DNA of 63,127 nt, filler included, from Craspedostauros australis (taxonomy: Eukaryota): NCBI GenBank assembly GCA_030167865.1. It is 11 parts of 11 records of this genome, joined end to end, with 100 filler letters (N's around TTAATTAATTAA, not from the genome) between each part and the next. Parts side by side here need not be neighbours in the genome. Positions count along the whole stretch, not along the records: positions 9,677 to 18,036 come from JALAGF010006282.1; positions 18,137 to 28,771 come from JALAGF010006283.1; 9 more parts are not named here. One strand, written 5' to 3'. Positions 12,647 to 23,640 of this stretch are shown one piece after another. Positions within the stretch are counted from its first letter, which is position 1, and every line of letters begins with the position of its first letter. Both the position numbers and the translations under genes were made by a program. The notes below the pieces were generated by a model. It saw only the letters and a list, made by a program, of their open reading frames with translations, ran no database searches and was not told where the DNA came from.

Positions 12647-12829
12647 GTTGTGTGTTGTGTGTTGTGTGTTGTGTGTTGTGTGTTGTGTGTTGTGTGTTGT
12701 GTGTTGTGTGTTGTGTGTTGTGTGTTGTGTGTTGTGTGTTGTGTGTTGTGTGTTGTGTGTTGTGTGTTGCCTGTTATGAGTTGTGGTGGTTGGGTGTTGC
12801 GTGTTGCGTGTTGCGTGTTGCGTGTTGCG
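12647..12829. repeat. Heptamer tandem repeat (GTTGTGT)n, ~17 copies, followed by a (GTTGCGT)n variant
   Basis: Directly visible. Confidence 0.95.
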
Positions 12830-13369
12830 AGTTGTGTGCCAAACCACGTGAAGTGCATCATTGTGGAAATCAGACCACGACAAAGTCCTCTCCTGGCACA
12901 GACGAGAATTGCAGATAAAGAAGAACGACAGATGATGACATGTGGAGATGAGCAAGGGTGGCATGTTCCGTGTCTGCTTGTCCCACCATACTCGCATGCG
13001 CTTTGCTCGTACGAAGTATAGTTCAGGCCCAATGAATGATGTACATCAGGGAGGGTCATCCTGCACCATAAATGCTGGGCATCGGCATCGATCCACGGAG
13101 TCTTTCTATCCAACGGTGATGTCACCAGTTGTGGAGGTCCCAGTTTGTGAAGGTTCCAGCTGCGGAGGAGCTTTGGCCTCCTGGGCATCATGCTGTCCTC
13201 GCGCCATGTTGCCTCACGCACACGTCGAACATGCAAGCAAAATGGTCCGAACAACCAACAAATCAAACTCTTCATCTCATAAATTCATCCAAGTTATCAA
13301 CCAATAACACCAAACAAACAACGATCAACCCTGAAAGATCAATCACCAACCACCAAGTATCGAGCAACC

Positions 13370-16114
13370 ATGATCCATGCCAAGGCAGCCTTCGTTGCCT
13401 TTCTCGCTCTCGCCAACACGGCAACGGTCCACGCCGTGCTCCGCGGCAACAGGACTCCTGTGGATCCAAGCNNNNNNNNNNNNNNNNNNNNNNNNNNNNN
13501 NNNNNNNNNNNNNNNNNNNNNNNNNNNNNNNNNNNNNNNNNNNNNNNNNNNNNNNNNNNNNNNNNNNNNNNNNNNNNNNNNNNNNNNNNNNNNNNNNNNN
13601 NNNNNNNNNNNNNNNNNNNNNNNNNNNNNNNNNNNNNNNNNNNNNNNNNNNNNNGGACCCACGGGCCCTCCGACTGCCTCGCCGACGCATGAACCGACCG
13701 GCCCGCCGACGGGCCCTCCAGCTGAGATGCCCTCAATGTCGCCTAGCACTCAACCAACATCTGACCCAGCTCCCTTCGATGCCGCCATCGAAGTCGCTTG
13801 CAACCCAGACGGTGCCACCGCCCTCACCCTTGCCGAAGCCAGCGCCAAGACCATCATCTGCGATGCCACCAAGCCATCGTGCCGCGAGGCCGTGACCGCC
13901 GTAAAGGAATCTGCAGAGTTGCAGAACTTCTTCGGATGCGCAGGAGACCTCGGTGAAGGAGCCGCGCGCAAGCTCTTCAACAAGTACGCATCTGACGACG
14001 TGCTTGCTGGCCAATTGGCCCTGGTCGCTGCCACCAACCTGCTCCTCGTCACCGAGCGAGCGGATGCCATGAACGCAGCATGCGCGGCTATCGCGGCGAT
14101 GCAATCGCCTGCCGTCGCAGACCCATGCTGCCAAGGATCCTCAGGATGCACCTCAGCCACCGGTTCCGCCTCCAACTCTCCTCCATTCATGACCGTCGCG
14201 ATCACGGCATGCACCGGCAACAGTGCTTGCAAGGACATGGGCCCCAATCCCCTCATCCTCGATTCTTCCTGCATTGGTGCGAGTGCATGTGAGTTGATGA
14301 ATGAGAATGAGATCAACCCGTCCATCACGGGAGTCACCTTCGTCGGTGAGATGGCATGCACCACCCCTCAATCTTGTGAGGGAGTGGGACGCCGTTCTCA
14401 TGGTGATGTGACCATCCAGACGGGCGCATGCGTTGGATCAGAGGCATGTAATGCAGCTGGACGCCGCGTCGTGCAGAAGACCACCCGCATCCAGAGCCAC
14501 ATCAACATCGGTGAGAATGCGTGCGTTGGCAGCAATGCCTGCAAGGATGCCCATTCCACTGTCAACTATGGTACTGCTGGCAAGCCGGCAGGCAGCCTAA
14601 CCATTGGTGCTGGTGGTTGCGCCGCCGATGGTTCATGTGAGAAGATGGGCTTCAGTGACAGGATGACAACCAACCTCGTCGTTCCCCCTGGTGGATGCGG
14701 CAGTGTCGAAGGCTGCAGAGGATGCATGACGAAGACGGGGTGCAACTCCGACGAAGTCTACATCATCAGCGATGTTGATGGGGCCTGTCCAAAGGGAGGC
14801 AGCAGCTCTGGGGGAAATCCTACTGGTGACAAGGTGGATGAGTACTGTATTGGCAAGGACACCTTGCCCACAGACTGTCCAACCTTTTCTCCAACTCCTT
14901 TCCCAACACCTGTCACATCACCTCCCACATCAGCCCCGACATCACCTCCCACATCAGCCCCGACATCACTTCCCACATCACCTCCCACATCAGCCCCCAC
15001 ATCGCCTCCCACATCAGCCCCCACATCACCTCCCACATCAGCCCCGACATCACCTCCCACATCACCTCCAACTATCACCCGGGCAACCTTCACTGTCGGA
15101 TGTCTTGAGACACCGGGAGATGGCATCTCAACGTTCAATGCGATTACAGGTGACGTAGTGTGCGAGGGTGAAACAGGCACATGCGCGGACTTCGTCTCCA
15201 AGGTTGATTCTCTGGCTGAGGGGAAGAGCAAGATGATCAAGAGCATCTTTGGATGCAATGATGCAGACCCTCCACAGTCCGTGACGTTGGAAGTGGCACA
15301 GGAACGCTTTGATAACATCAGGAACGACGAAAGTGTGACCAAGGCATTGTTGGCGTTCGCGAACACGGAGAACAAGCTCTTCACTGGAAGTGGGGATGTG
15401 GTGGCGAAGGCATGCGGTGCCGACTGCTGCGGTGATGGAGATTGCTCCGTTTACCCTGTTGATGGCGGTGTCATGACGGTGAGCCCAGGGTCATGTACCG
15501 GAGGTGGTGGATGCACAAGCGTACCTCGCAACATAATCATACTTGACAGTTGCAAGGGAGGCGCTGCTTGTGCTTTTTTGGGCAATTTTCTTCCAGATCT
15601 GCCAGCTGCTGGTGTTGAAGTCGGATTCAGGGTAATCGGACCAGGAGCTTGTGGTGGAGACTTCAGTTGCAGCTATATTGGAGCTAATACCATTGGCAAT
15701 ATACGAGTGGAAGAAGGAGCATGCGATACAGCGAATGCATGCGGTGACGTTGCGCTGCGCGACAACCAAGGGTCTGCACCCATGACACCGATCGTGGCAA
15801 GTGTCTTCATTGGAAAGCATGCGTGCCAAGGGGCTGCCGCTTGCTACCGACTGCATTACTCATTGACCAAAGTTGCAGGAAGCGTGAGGATCGAAGATGG
15901 TGCGTGCTCGGGCGAATCCACGTGCCAGCAGCTTGGCCAAAGTGATAGCGCAACCAATGACATCATCATCAGAGCAAACGTGTGCACGTCAGCTGCCTCC
16001 TGTACAGACTGCGCCAAAGCATCATTGTGTGAGTCAGAGAGAGAAACGTACGTCATCGACGACGCAGCCACAGACTGCCCTGGTCCATCCCAATCTGCCT
16101 GTGAAGTCGTCTAA
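13370..16114 (+). CDS. Secreted Cys-rich mucin-like protein: signal peptide, P/T stalks, two Cys-rich modules (internal gap)
   Basis: MIHAKAAFVAFLALANTATVHA|VLRG; PTSA/PTSP repeats; recurrent [IV]xxxACxGxxAC motif; paralog at 19232-22838. Confidence 0.88.
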   Translation: MIHAKAAFVAFLALANTATVHAVLRGNRTPVDPSXXXXXXXXXXXXXXXXXXXXXXXXXXXXXXXXXXXXXXXXXXXXXXXXXXXXXXXXXXXXXGPTGPPTASPTHEPTGPPTGPPAEMPSMSPSTQPTSDPAPFDAAIEVACNPDGATALTLAEASAKTIICDATKPSCREAVTAVKESAELQNFFGCAGDLGEGAARKLFNKYASDDVLAGQLALVAATNLLLVTERADAMNAACAAIAAMQSPAVADPCCQGSSGCTSATGSASNSPPFMTVAITACTGNSACKDMGPNPLILDSSCIGASACELMNENEINPSITGVTFVGEMACTTPQSCEGVGRRSHGDVTIQTGACVGSEACNAAGRRVVQKTTRIQSHINIGENACVGSNACKDAHSTVNYGTAGKPAGSLTIGAGGCAADGSCEKMGFSDRMTTNLVVPPGGCGSVEGCRGCMTKTGCNSDEVYIISDVDGACPKGGSSSGGNPTGDKVDEYCIGKDTLPTDCPTFSPTPFPTPVTSPPTSAPTSPPTSAPTSLPTSPPTSAPTSPPTSAPTSPPTSAPTSPPTSPPTITRATFTVGCLETPGDGISTFNAITGDVVCEGETGTCADFVSKVDSLAEGKSKMIKSIFGCNDADPPQSVTLEVAQERFDNIRNDESVTKALLAFANTENKLFTGSGDVVAKACGADCCGDGDCSVYPVDGGVMTVSPGSCTGGGGCTSVPRNIIILDSCKGGAACAFLGNFLPDLPAAGVEVGFRVIGPGACGGDFSCSYIGANTIGNIRVEEGACDTANACGDVALRDNQGSAPMTPIVASVFIGKHACQGAAACYRLHYSLTKVAGSVRIEDGACSGESTCQQLGQSDSATNDIIIRANVCTSAASCTDCAKASLCESERETYVIDDAATDCPGPSQSACEVV

Positions 16115-16447
16115 GACCCACCCGGGCGAGTCGACCTGCACTTTGAAATGAACCTCCTCACTTTGTTCCTGGGATTTCCAAACTAAGAACATATTCGTAA
16201 TCCTCGTAGATCTAAAACATATGCTGATCCACTAAAGTTCTGTGGTTGGTCCCATTTTAAGTTTTATGGACCGATGGATGTGCATATTTTTGGATCTCTT
16301 TCGGATTCTAGCGGTTCGCGTCCGACTACATCGATTAAGTTTAACGCGTTACTGTTCTTTGTTTCAGCGAGTTTGTTCCCATTTTGAATTGCTTAGTCTC
16401 TTTCTGAGGTGTTCTGATGAGACGATCCAACAGCCCATGCACGATAA

Positions 16448-16760
16448 CACTAGTGTCTCATGGCTAATTTCCGGTTTTTGGCACGTTTTGGTAATTATTG
16501 GTAACCATTGGCATATCGCCGACGGCACAAGCTGCCATTCGATGAGTTGATGGCCGTTGCCTGACATCTTTACATTATTAGAAAGAGGAGAGTAAGAGCT
16601 CTCTGTTGATGTGGTCAATGTAGGCAAACGGTCTCCGCTTTCCGTTCATCTCGATGCCTCTTTTGACCCTTTGTCGGCTTTGTTCATACGGATGACGTAC
16701 GGACAAGAATCCGGAATTTTTCGCTGGTAACCATTGGTAACCGCGTAGAGTCTACGAGAT
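16448..16760 (+). mobile_element. Possible DNA-transposon terminus (CACTAGTGTCTCATGGC) with TGGTAAC subterminal repeats
   Basis: Mirror copy ..gccacgagacactagta with GTTACCA repeats at ~33245-33315. Confidence 0.35.
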
Positions 16761-17200
16761 TCTGGTACAGAAATTTGTTGCTTCTTGGTCCAACCTCGAC
16801 CAACCGTCTTCCAAAGACCCACATCCAATTCTGTTTCGTCTATTGCTCAAGTGAATGGCATGGCTGTATTCGTCACTTCATTCTGCTTCGGGTGGTGTGC
16901 TGGTCAGTGGTCCAGATTGCTTTTGTGTGTTGCTTTGGGCGTTTGAAGTCAGTCACTACTGCTCGTGACAGCCATGATCATCGATCCGTGAACACACAAA
17001 AGTTCGCGCCAAAAGTTATTGTGTGTTATTACGTGTCGTAGATTCGGACCGTGCTGTTCACCTGAGTCTCTCTACTTTATGCAAGGTTGTGGATCACCCT
17101 GTTGTCGGATCATCGTACCGTTGCTTTCAATCGATGCAGTATTCTCTCTTACACCCGCCCATATAGTCTTGGTCCTCGACTCTCGCTTCCTCCAAAGATA

Positions 17201-17892
17201 TGTTGGAAATCCGGGGTAGCCCAGTCTCTAGTTAGTAGTAGTATCTGATTACCTATTCCTGTTGTTGCATTGTTGGAACTGTGAGAACATCCTCTTCATT
17301 TCTTGCATCTTCAAATCCATTGCCCAGGATAATAGCAGTAGCACCCTTTAGTTGCTCTTGTATTCATCATTGCAAAGCTTGTTCATCATGCGCATCTCAT
17401 CATGCATTCCAGGTGTATTTCACTTCTACACTCCTGCAGTACATGCATGTTGATGTCAAGTTTCACTCTCTTCCAATCCGACATCAATCACCCATTCAGT
17501 GCACTCTTTCACGTTGTTCATTCACTTTTCTCACATGTTCACCGATGATCACACTTGGGTCAGAACATGATGTTCTAGCACGATCAGTCCAATCCTTCGA
17601 TGATGTTCCGATCCGCGCTTTGTTCTCCTTCGCGGTTCTCCGTCATTCACATGATAGTTGAGATTCAATGAGGGACAGACTATTACCGAACACGGTATCA
17701 ACCTGATGGGAGAAATTCTCGTTTTGGCGCGAAATCTTCCGACTTGATCGACCACCAAATCTTTTCTCCTCCTTTCTCTCCTCCATTCACGAATCCATCA
17801 TGACTCAAACCTGACCGACCTGACTCACACCTCACCTTGGGAACTATGTGCTCCTCAGATCCTTTTACTACAACATACCCCGATTCCCTTCA
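17201..17892 (-). mobile_element. Family A LTR (inverted)
   Basis: Starts tgttggaaatccgggg; first ~85 bp match 51715-51799 in reverse; ends taccccgattcccttca; no TSD seen. Confidence 0.7.
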
Positions 17893-17954
17893 TGCTATTG
17901 ACTACTGCACCACTGCCGTAGTCATGATGCGTGTATCCAACCTGCTTCAACTTA

Positions 17955-18036
17955 TGTCGAGATGTACATGTGAGTATATATCAAGATGTACGTGTATATG
18001 TGCATCGTTCACCCGCTATTCTCTCATACGCACTTG
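17955..18036 (+). mobile_element. Family B LTR start, cut by scaffold end
   Basis: tgtcgagatgtacatgtgagtata.. Confidence 0.8.
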
Positions 18037-18136
18037 NNNNNNNNNNNNNNNNNNNNNNNNNNNNNNNNNNNNNNNNNNNNTTAATTAATTAANNNNNNNN
18101 NNNNNNNNNNNNNNNNNNNNNNNNNNNNNNNNNNNN

Positions 18137-18878
18137 GACGATCCAGGAAGCTGGCAGTGTGTCCCAAGAGGACGCCCGAAAAGCCACCAAAGAAAGCAAA
18201 CAAACCAGTCACAAAAAACAAAGCAGAATACGAAGAAATCCCCAAAGAAGAGCCAAGGCGCCCCCGTGTCATATGTAAGCGATAATAGCATGAGCGACAG
18301 CAATGTCAGCAGCTCAGCAAGATCGGTGGAATCGGACGGGCGCAAAGTGATGCATGGCACCACCTCGAAATCGACCAACAGACACATTTCGCGTTCTGGC
18401 AAGCGCCCAACCTCCAAGGACCCCAGCCGTCGCAAGCGTTCTGTGTCCGGCGAGTCTATGCGACGCCTCCCATCGTTGCAATCCGTCTCCTCCCGAGATC
18501 CGTCCATCACGCTGGATCAAGCATGCCTGTCCAAGATTGGCGTCGCCAAGAAACGATCCAGCGGCCCTAAATCGACAGTCTCCTCCACTTCCGTCGCATC
18601 GTCCACATCACCCAACCAGCGACCCACTTCACCCCCTCCGCGTGCCGGTGCAAAGATCCGGTACTTCAACGACAATCCCACCCGATCCATGTCGTTGGAG
18701 GACCCCGTCACGCACCAGAGCGAGCGCCACGCACGCCCTTCCGTCCCATTGCGCCGGGGTACGATGTCGGAGCGCAAGCATCGTACCAGCATCAGCATTT
18801 AGGTGGCAGAGAATAGCATGGTGCATGCTGGTACTGCAGCAGCAGTGGAGGGAAGGGTCCTTGTGAGCTTTGATAAAA
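18137..18878 (+). repeat. Terminal direct repeat of scaffold (apparently identical to 28030-28771)
   Basis: Identical ORF translations offset by 9893 bp. Confidence 0.93.
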
Positions 18879-19231
18879 CTCTCTAGTACTAGCATGAGTG
18901 AACCATAGTACTATGGAATTCTTGCGAACATGGGCACTACGCACATTCTCCAACTTGCTAGGGCTCCGAGTAGTATGAAGGATTCCAGTTTGTGCAACAG
19001 CGACTGGCGTGTCAGAAAGCAACATGGTCGAATTGTGTCATGCCGTTTCACGACAGACAAAGGGCGTCCACGAAGAAAGAAGAACAATCAATACGTTCCG
19101 TTCTGTGGTTGGTTGTAGCAAGGTGGACGATTAGTCATGATCAGGATGACATGACCAGCAATACTGCACACAGCATAGACGTAGACAGCAGACTGAGTGG
19201 TTTTGTGTTAACTTTAGACTTACGTCTTTCC

Positions 19232-22200
19232 TTAGACCATTTGACAGGCGGATTGGACTGGTCCCGGACATTGCGTACTTGCGTCATCGATGACGTACGT
19301 CTCTGCAGCTAAGTCACACAGTTCTTCCCGGGCACAATCTTCACAATCGCGAGCATCTGCGGAACATTCTCCTGCCCTGATGATGATATCATTGACTGCA
19401 TCATCAGAGGCGCCGAGACCAAGACACGCTTCCGCATCGGCACATGCACCATCTTCAATGACCAAACTTCCTGGAAGTTTGCCATCGCTGGATTCATTAG
19501 AATGCACATTAGCACAAGCGAGGAACCCAACGCATGCATTCTTTCCGATGAAGATATTCGCCACGACCGGTGCCGTGGTAGTCCCTTGGTTGCTTCTGCG
19601 ACCACCACGGATGCATGCATTTCCCACTCCAGTGCACCCTCCCTTTTCGACTCGTACATTGCCAAAAATGTTCACTGCAAGGCTCGAGCACACTCGGGGA
19701 CCGAGACAAGCTTGCGGTCCAATCACCCTGTATCCAACCTCAGCATCAGCATTAGGCTGGGTTGGGGTAAACGAAGCAAGCCCGTCGCAAGGTCGGAATC
19801 CTCCTCTGCAACTGTCAAGTATGATGGTGTCAGGGTACACGTCGTTGCAACTTCCTCTGGAAGTGCAGGAATTGTCAGTCACTGTCATCACACCAGCTGA
19901 AGGCGAGGTGATGCAAGCCTCAGAACCAACGCAGCACGAACCATCGCAAGCTGAAGCGAGCGCAGATCCTGTCCCAGTGTAGAGCTTCATAGACGCCACT
20001 GCGTCCAACAGTGCCTGCGTCACGCTCGCATCGTTCTTGATCTTGTCAAAGCGTTTCTGCGCCACCTGTTGTGTCACGATGTTGGGTGTTCCTTCATGAC
20101 TGCATCCAAAGATGCTCTTGATCATCTTGCCCTTGTCACCGAGGGCGTTGACCGCAGCGACAAAGTTCGCGCATGTGTCTGTTGCATCACCACAAAAGAC
20201 GCCGCCAGTGACCGCATGAAACGTCGATGAGTCATCTCCCGGTGTTGCGAGACATCCGACGGCGAATGCTGGGGCTGAAGTTGGGGCCGATGTAGGGGCT
20301 GAAGTGGGAGCTTGTGTTGGGGTCGATATTGGTGCTGAAGTTGGCGCGCTAGTCGGCGCCGATGTCGGTGCGCTGGTCGGTGCTGAAGTTGGCACGCTAG
20401 TCGGCGCAGCAGTGGGGCCCGACGTTGGTGCGCTGGTCGGTGCCGAGGTAGGGGCCGACGTTGGTGCTGAAGTTGGCGCGCTAGTCGGCGCCGATGTCGG
20501 TGCGCTAGTCGGTGCTGAAGTTGGTGCGCTAGTCGGCACCGATGTCGGTGCGCTGGTCGGTGCTGAAGTTGGCACGCTAGTCGGCGCAGCAGTGGGGGCC
20601 GACGTTGGTGCGCTGATCGGTGCCGAGGTAGGGGCCGACGTTGGTGCTGAAGTTGGAGCCGAAGTCGGGACGCTTGTTGGAGCGCTAGTCGGTGCTGAAG
20701 NNNNNNNNNNNNNNNNNNNNNNNNNNNNNNNNNNNNNNNNNNNNNNNNNNGGTAGGGGCCGACGTTGGTGCTGAAGTTGGAGCCGAAGTCGGGACGCTTG
20801 TTGGAGCGCTAGTCGGTGCTGAAGTTGGTGCGCTGGTCGGTGCTGAAGTTGGCACGCTAGTCGGCGCAGCAGTGGGGCCCGACGTTGGTGCGCTGGTCGG
20901 TGCCGAGGTAGGGGCCGACGTTGGTGCTGAAGTTGGAGCCGAAGTCGGGACGCTTGTTGGAGCGCTAGTCGGTGCTGAAGTTGGTGCGCTAGTCGGCACC
21001 AATGTCGGTGCGCTGGTCGGTGCTGAATTTGGCACGCTAGTCGGCGCAGCAGTGGGGGCCGACGTTGGTGCGCTGGTCGGCGCCGAGGTAGGAGCCGATA
21101 TTGGTGCTGAAGTTGGCGCGCTAGTCGGCACCGCTGTCGGTGCGCTAGTCGGTGCTGAATTTGGCACGCTAGTCGGCGCAGCAGTGGGGGCCGACGTTGG
21201 TGCGCTGGTCGGCGCCGAGGTAGGAGTCGATGTTGGTGCTGAAGTTGGCGCGCTAGTCGGCACCGATGTCGGTGCGCTGGTCGGTGCTGAAGTTGGCGCG
21301 CTCGTTGGGGCGCTGGTCGGTGCCGAGGTCGGCGAAGCAGTTGGAGCTGTTGGGGATGGTGTGGAAGGTGACGTGGCAGGCGTTGGGAAAGGGGTGGGGG
21401 AAAAAGTTGGAGAGTCTGTGGGCAAGGTGTCTTTGCCAATACAGTACTCATCCACCTTGTCACCAGTGGGATTGTTGTTGCTGTCGTTGCCTCCCTTTGG
21501 GCAGGCCCCGTCGACATCGCTGATGATGTAGACTTTGTCGGAGTCGCACTCCGTCTTCGTCATGCATCCTCTGCAGCTATCAACACTGCCGCATCCACCA
21601 GGAGGGACGACGAGGTCGGTCCTCATCCTGTCATGGAAGCCCATCTTTTCACATGACCCATCGGCGGCACAGCCACCAGCACCAATGGTCAGGCTGCCTG
21701 CATACTTGCCCGCAGTCCCATGGTTGACAGTGGAATGGGCATCCTTGCAGGCACTGCTGCCAACGCACGCATTCTCGCCAATGTCGACATGGCTGCGGAA
21801 GCGATATGACGGTGCTGATTGCTCCACACGACGGCCAGCTGAGTTGCATGCGTCTGATCCGATACATGCACCGGTCTGGATGGTGACATCACCATGAGAA
21901 CGACGCCCCACTCCCTCACAAGAATGAGGGGTGGTGCATGCCATCTCACCAACAAAGGTGACTCCTGTGATGGACGGGTTGATCTCGTTCTCATTCATCA
22001 ACTCACATGCACTTGCACCAGTGCAGGAAGAATCAAAGATGAGGGGATTGGGGCCCATATCCTTGCAGGCGCTGTCACCAGTACATGCCGTGATGGCGAT
22101 GGTCATAAATGGAGGAGAGTTGGAGGCGGAACCGGTGACTGAGGTGCATCCTGAGGATCCTTGGCAGCATGGGTCTGCGACAGCAGGCGACTGGGCCATT

Positions 22201-22838
22201 CCGATGGTCATGCACGCCTCCTCCATTGCATCCGCTCGCTCGGTGATGAGGATTGCGTTGGTGGCAGCGANNNNNNNNNNNNNNNNNNNNNNNNNNNNNN
22301 NNNNNNNNNNNNNNNNNNNNNNNNNNNNNNNNNNNNNNNNNNNNNNNNNNNNNNNNNNNNNNNNNNNNNNNNNNNNNNNNNNNNNNNNNNTGCGGCAGGA
22401 TGGCTTGGCAGAGTTACAGATGATGGTCTTGGCGCTTGCCTCTTGTGGTGTGAGGGGGGTGGTGCCATCCGGCTGGCAAACGACCTCTATGGTGGAATCG
22501 AAGACGGTTGAAGCAGCTGATGGTTTGGATGTTGGCAGGCGGGTGGACTGGGAGGTCGGCGAGGCAGTTGGCGACCCAGTAGGCAATGCGGTTNNNNNNN
22601 TTGTTTCCGCACCAGCCGGGTTCTCAGTGGGTGGCACTCGGTTGCCCTTGTTGCCCTTGTTGCCCTTGTTGGTGTTTGCGTCATCGTCGACATCCTTGAG
22701 GATGCGGGTCTTCATCATTGCTGTGTGGAGTTCCTTGGTTGGATCCACGGGAGTTCTGTTGCCGCGGAGGACAGCATGGGTCATTGCCGTGTTGGCGAGA
22801 GCGATAAAAGCCACGAAGGCTGCCTTGACGTAGAGCAT
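19232..22838 (-). CDS. Secreted Cys-rich mucin-like protein paralog with a very long PTSA stalk (gaps; frame changes only at gap 20701-20750)
   Basis: MLYVKAAFVAFIALANTAMTHA|VLRG..TRIL; ORFs 20685-22838 and 19232-21517 join across the N gap; same two Cys modules. Confidence 0.87.
20270..21340 (-). repeat. Coding 12-bp minisatellite encoding (PTSA)n
   Basis: Units such as ggtgctgaagtt / ggtgcgctggtc / ggcgcgctagtc recur in blocks. Confidence 0.93.
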
Positions 22839-23265
22839 CTTTGCTGTTGTCTTCGTTGCCGTCGTGAGACTGTTTGGTTCTGCACATCGGGCGCATTTGT
22901 AGATGTGTATGTATGCGTACGTGCCACAAGAATGGGTTGGTACGGATCACGTATGGGTCGAGATTGGCAATGCGAGCATCATGCATAAGTTTGGTGGCGA
23001 GTTCCGTCCCACGAAGAACGGCAACGATTGTGAGTGTTGCAGTGATGTGTTCGTTTGTGTGAGCGTAATTGTTGGTGTGTGAAATGACGCAATACGTGGT
23101 GGCGAGCAATGACAACGACAGCAATCAATGAAGATTAACGAGATCCATCAATCGACGCAACGTCGTGACGATCCGATCACGTCAAGATTGCGCACACAGG
23201 AGGCATCAGTTGCGCAGACGAAGGGAAGGGGAGAGAAGGAACGTGATGGAAAAGAGCAGCTTGAG

Positions 23266-23640
23266 TTAATTCGGCTTGGAGGTGCGGGATTTGAGCACCT
23301 TGATGTGGAGTGGCGCGTGTCGGACATTGGCATGACACGAGGCATCCTGAACGAGACGGTCGCCATCGGCAGGCGCCGCAGCACCGCTGCATAACGAGCC
23401 GCGAAGATTGACTGGAACGTAGTAGGTATGGTGCTCACACTCGTAAGTATCTTGCATCTTGAGCGTTGGTGCGTGCTGCCGTTTCACCAGTGCTGCTGCT
23501 TCATCTGCGACACTATCCGCGGTTCGCGTGCGTCTTGACGTCGGTTTTGCAAATGAATGCACTCTCCGTTGTGTAGGTGTGCGTGTGCATCTGCGCGTGT
23601 GCGTTGTCGATTCTTCCTCATGCATCAGCTCGGCTTCCAT
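23266..23640 (-). CDS. Possible small hypothetical protein
   Basis: 124-aa ATG ORF with C/A-rich leader like other genes here; no homology recognised. Confidence 0.25.
   Translation of the reverse strand: MEAELMHEEESTTHTRRCTRTPTQRRVHSFAKPTSRRTRTADSVADEAAALVKRQHAPTLKMQDTYECEHHTYYVPVNLRGSLCSGAAAPADGDRLVQDASCHANVRHAPLHIKVLKSRTSKPN

Noticed and set aside
12647..12769. Telomeric repeat
   Set aside because: Internal position and the unit is not TTAGGG-like
12462..13275. CVVCCVL / HTTHNTQ repeat ORFs
   Set aside because: Translations of a stop-free heptamer microsatellite
20304..21531. (VGAE/VGAL)n ORFs on the + strand
   Set aside because: Antisense shadow of the PTSA stalk
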